Of a DNA stretch of 64,000 nt, positions 58,953 to 64,000 are shown piece after piece. Below the pieces are notes generated by a model. It worked only from the letters and a program-made list of their open reading frames with translations, had not been told where the DNA came from and did not search any database. Numbering within the stretch: position 1 is the first letter of the stretch; each line of letters begins with the position of its first letter. The stretch is from Macrostomum lignano (Eukaryota): assembly GCA_002269645.1 (NCBI GenBank), contig NIVC01000087.1, positions 806,001 through 870,000 of the forward strand, in the 5' to 3' direction. Position numbers and translations under genes: made by a program.

Positions 58953-61900
58953 AAGGGAAACTACGAGCATAAGTTCTGCAACACATATACAAGTAGCTAA
59001 GCATTAATAGACGCACTGCACCGATAAAATGTAATGGAATTGCTCGAATCACCGACACCAAGACCCATAAAACTGGAGAAACTGGCAGGATATAGTAGAT
59101 ACATGTAGGTCAGAATCAGAAGTGATCATGGGTGGGTGGGTCAAGTGATCATGGGTTCGACCTCGATTGTATTATTCCTTCTTAATCTTATGCAATTAAT
59201 TGTAAATTAGGTATGAAGTAACAGTAATTATCCTTGACCATGCTAGAGTAAAGACAAGTCAAAGTCAAGTTAATAAAAATAGACACACAGTGTAACAATA
59301 ACAATGGTTTTTAGAGCCATTTTTCTTGTCTGTGTTTGTCTTTGTACATACATGTACATTTGGGAAGACTTATCTGGACCCAATCCCTTCTTATTCTACA
59401 TGTACGCTGTTTTGGGTATGGGGGTTAGAGTTGGGCCGTCTGACACCCCCCTCCCCCCCCTACCATAGTGGACTGGAGAGAAAGAAGCACATGCTATCGC
59501 TATTGGCTAGCCTGTCGTTCTCTTTTCTTTACCTTCTGTCTTGTGTAGCGTACACTATCCAATGCACAAGGCCCAACTTTCCACTAAAGGAAGGTTCATA
59601 TAGTCCGCCCATGGGCTTCCTCTTGCTTTCGCGTACACTCAAGGCCACTCACTCTCAACACCAGCCACTAGAGGCTTGTTTTAAATAATCGATCGATAAT
59701 ATTAAATGTACACTTGAAAGCTTGCTTTGGATCCTAGCAGAAGGGGGAGAAAGTGGCCAAGGCCACCACACCCCACAAGGCAGGCAGGCCGGCCCGAGTG
59801 CGATAACGAATGACAAAAAAATAGAAAAGTACAATTTACACATCAACTTTCAATACAATAAATACAATAATAGGTACGGTATTAATGACAGTGTATTTTC
59901 GCACAAAGTAGCTACGTTCAAACCACCAGCACGTAAACAGCTAAAATTTCACTGTTTATGAAATTTTATAAAATTTAACACATCATTTTAGATATTGAAA
60001 ACTTTTAAAGGAGGGTATTACTGTTGCATGTGACTATAAAATCGTGGTAGGTATAGCTGATGATGAAACTGGTGATTGGTATCTAGCTTTTTTGATAACT
60101 TAGCCGGTTAGACCCCGAAATAGCTATTGTAATTTGTAACGCTGGAGCCAAATACAAATACAATGGAGCAATTAGTTTCTCTCAAATCTGTCTCTGCCAG
60201 TGCCAGTTTAGTCCATAGTAAGTAACCAAAGTAAAATACCCATTAGTGGTCCCGTTTCTAATGTTTATAAATATTAAGCTTCAGTTTACTTTTGGCACAG
60301 TATGCAATTTTGAAAATTCACCCTAATAACGGTTTGCACCAGCAGGAAAGCAACTATTTTGTTGTTGGAAATCGGATTAAGCAGTCAAAAGAGTGTATTT
60401 CTATGAAAAAAGGTACTTTTTTTCCATTTTTTCAAATATTTAAACAGGTTTCGCTCTTTCAATAAAAAAATCATCGCAGTACCTTAAAGTACAGTTAGTT
60501 TGGAATTAGATGACGGCGTTGAATTGTTTCTTCCATATTCCAAAAATTATAATGAGCACTTTTCCTCAAATCAGTTTGAGATCATGATTTTTAGTCTTTC
60601 GTCGATAACTTTCTGATTTCAAATGTTTAAGAATTGAAAACTTCCACACTTGTGTATCTTTGAATTGCGCATCAATTGGTGCATAGTATGTATGCTTAAC
60701 TATTAGCAGTATAGAAAAAAATGCAAAAAACTGTAAAAGTACATTTTCAATTTTTGCATTTTTTGCAACCAAAGTGCCAACTTTTTGATACAATTGAAAA
60801 AAACAACCCAATAATGTTATGCATCTTAGTAAGGCGCACCTATAACCCTCGAACATTTTTAGCTCGAGTTTTAATGTGCATGAGGAAATGCACTTTTGTA
60901 AAGACATAATCTTAAGACAAACATTTCAACTGAAGCCTGTTCCTTTTCTCCGCAGTGAATCCATACAAAACTATACTCGTTAAATAGATCAGATTCTTCT
61001 CTTTAAAATGACACCTCACTTGTGAAATTCGCACTTGTAGTTTTGAAGTTACAGCAGTTTTTGTGAGATTTTTCTTGTCATTTTTTCGATGCACACGTCT
61101 CATATTATTATATTCGTCACAAGCCAGACCACCCAATGCGCTTCGCGCATTGGCTGGCTGTTTGTTCCTCATGCTCGGCACTTTGTGCCTCGCGCGTTCG
61201 CTCCGCTCACCCACAAACCCAAGGACACGCGCTTCGCGCGTGTCCTTGGGTTTGTGGGTTTCGCGGAGCTCACTGGGAACTAGGTATTATTTAGCTAGTA
61301 GTCCTACTAACTTAGGGTTAGGGCTAAGGGTAAGGTTAGGAGGTTGATAGAGTTTTTAAGATTTCAAAGCTTATTAGAGTCATCATTGAAATATTAGAGA
61401 GGGGAGTTCATATGTTAAGGCTTATAGAGGGAATTGCTAAGATATCAAGGCTTAATCACAATATACTAAATCTCTAAGGTCTGTCTGACTGGTATTTCAG
61501 TCCACAGCCTAAATGCCTAAACCAATTTTTTTCAAACTTGCTTTATTCAATTGCAAATTCTTGTGAGATTGTGTGGATGTAATTGCATTGAAAAATTCAA
61601 ATTAAAAGTTGGTTAAATATTCAAAAAACAAGTTTTTTTAATGCTTTCAATGGGAGGCTAGAAAAGGTCAAAATCTCACTAACTGAATTTCAATTCCAAT
61701 TAAGATTGCGCCACAACTTTTTTCTGTTCACTGTGTATGCCTCAATACTGGCTGCAATAAGGGAGAGGAAAATAATGCTTAGTGGCTGCGTGTGTACATT
61801 CTGACCCTGGCTGACTGGCAGACTGCATAGACAATTGCTATTAATAGATTTCACTCAACTGTGCATTGGCTCTGCCTGCATACAACCTGTGCACACTGAG

Positions 61901-62274
61901 CAGCCTTTCACTGCTACGTATTTGGCTGTAGTGCCGAAGCATATATGGTTGATTTTTGCACCCTCCGATTAGTAGGCGGAATAGCTGCAGTGTCAGGCAC
62001 TAGGACTAGGTTTAAGCTAGGCAATAAGGTCCAAAGTTCGAGTTTGTCTCCCCAGTAGCTAATTAAAAATAAATAAATTCATTAGTAGCTTCTGCCTCGA
62101 CTATTTTGAACAGTTTTGATTAATTATAATTAAAATTTGTTATTAATTACAATAATTTATTTTTGCTATTCACACAAGCCACTAAGCAAATTTGATTTGA
62201 TTTGTAAAATCCTAAGATCCCATTAATTGTTATTATCTAGGTCTATAGAAGTAGATATTACTAAACTGCAAGGG

Positions 62275-62550
62275 ATTAAATTACTAAACTGCAGATGATG
62301 CTGCTAAACTGCTGAGGTATTGCTAAATGCTGAGTGGTGCAAAAGATTGCCGATATGTATCAAAAATCGATTAGTGAGCCATAAAATGCTGAGCTAATTT
62401 CTACATTGTTGAAAGGATCATTGCAGTAGACGATGCTACTAAACTGCTGAGGTATTGCTAAATGCTGAGTTGCGCAAGACTGCCAATATGTATCGAAAAT
62501 TGATTAGTGCGCCGTTGTAAATGCTGAGCAAATTTTGAAATCATTGAAAA
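62275..62550. repeat. Diverged tandem duplication of ~135-140 bp
   Basis: ctaaactgctgaggtattgctaaatgctgagt...gtatc.aaaat.gattagtg occurs twice. Confidence 0.75.
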
Positions 62551-62567
62551 GATTGATCTTGAGTGCT

Positions 62568-62845
62568 AATCTGGGCTGAGTGCTAATCTAGGCTGAGTGC
62601 TAATCTGGGCTGAGTACTAATCTGGGCTGAGTGCTAATCTAGGCTGAGTGCTAATCTGGGCTGAGTGCTAATCTGGGCTGAGTGCTAATCTAGGCTGAGT
62701 GCTAATCTGGGCGTAGTGCTAATCTGGGTGTAGTGCTAATCTGGGGGAAGTGGGGCTAATCTGGGGGTGTGCGGCTAATATGGGGGGAGTAGTGCTAATC
62801 TGGGGGAAGTGGGGCTAATCTGGGGGTGTAGGGCTAATATGGGAG
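62568..62845. repeat. 17-bp minisatellite
   Basis: Unit CTGAGTGCTAATCTGGG, degenerating rightwards. Confidence 0.9.
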
Positions 62846-63357
62846 AATAGTGGTAATCTGGTGAGGATTTGAAAATAACAAATAATCATAAAAGAACTAT
62901 AAATGAATTGACATTGCAAAGTTTCAAACATTCAGAAATGTAACTTTTTAGAACTTTTTAGTCTCAGTAAAATTGGTGTACAACTGCTTAGAGATTTGCT
63001 ACTGCAGAACTGCTCGGAGATTAGTGAGATTTGCTCAGCGACTGCAAAACTGCTTATAGACAAGCACTAAACTGCTAAGAAGCCACCCGGAGGGGGGCTA
63101 AATGGCTAGTATAGGATTGCTAAGATCACTACAATAAGACAATATATGTAGTTTATTAGTTAGAAAAACTTGTACTACATTTTTTGGCTTCCTAATAGGA
63201 AATGCTAATTGCTAATATAGTATACAAAGGCATAAATCTTGCATGTATGGATCATACTTAGGACTATAGCCTATAGGCTATAGGTTATAACATTTGTATA
63301 TATTTTGCAATATATTATATATAGTATACACTATATATTATATATATAAATTATAAT

Positions 63358-63600
63358 ATACTGGGTTTTTTGGATATATTTTTTGGAATGGGTGCGAATA
63401 GCATCCTGGTCTTAAAAATTGCACCCTGAAATTTGACTCAGGGTGCAAAAAGTGCACCAGAATTTTTTGTAAGGATATGATACGGATTTCAAAATTTAGT
63501 GTTATGGACATGCAGCGCATCCTAGTCTTGAAAATTGCACCCTGAAATCTAGCACAGGGTGCGAAATTGCACCCAAGTTATAGACAAAAAACCCAGATTA
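63358..63600. mobile_element. Small MITE-like element with internal duplicated hairpin
   Basis: Ends ctgggttttttg / caaaaaacccag; two internal copies of aattgcaccctgaaat...cagggtgc. Confidence 0.55.
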
Positions 63601-64000
63601 TATATAATATATATTTTATATTTGTATAGATAGGCCTAGTTTTAGCTTTTGGTTATAGTTTACCTAGAAGTATAGTATATTTCAAAAATGACAAATATGT
63701 TTTATTGCTTTTCAAAACATATCAATAGATACTATATACATGTATATATGTATATATATAGAGCAAATTTTCAATAAATCTTAGCAAATGATATACATGT
63801 ATATATATATAAATATAAATATCATATATAAATATCAATTGCCAGGATTTATTGAAAATTTATAACAAATAAATCATGCATTATATAACAAAATAGATTT
63901 TAAAAGTAAAAAAGTATAATAGATAAAGAATATAAGAATTTAGACAAAAAATTTAATAGTTATAAAATATTAACAACAACAATAACAACAAAATATATCT

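Noticed and set aside
59120-59165. GGTTCGA T-loop-like motif (also ~17770) suggesting a tRNA
   Set aside because: No cloverleaf stems or A-box could be built around it.

Overview
Animal (metazoan) genomic DNA with spliceosomal introns. About a quarter of the window (roughly 17 kb, my estimate) is tandem repeat, and DNA-transposon remnants are common. GC-rich low-complexity exons and minisatellite-filled introns resemble a macrostomid-type flatworm, but that is an unverified inference. Five protein-coding genes were reconstructed by eye from splice sites and phase continuity: (1) an inhibitory Smad (SMAD6/7; +, 3 exons, 14760-26710); (2) MFAP1 (+, 2 exons, 31172-33342); (3) an ankyrin + SAM-methyltransferase of the fungal/plant RMT2 type (+, 2 exons, 35493-39789); (4, 5) two tandem, apparently paralogous, small secreted Cys-rich proteins of unknown family (-, 48579-47747 and 53847-51611). 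Gene 5 is absent from the ORF track. Mobile DNA includes Tc1/mariner remnants, an internally deleted P-element inside a satellite in the RMT2 intron, hAT-type MITEs, and a foldback-like inverted satellite pair at the window start. A roughly 7 kb domain upstream of the Smad gene is almost free of CpG and shows CpG-decay mutations. No rRNA, tRNA or CRISPR array is supported.
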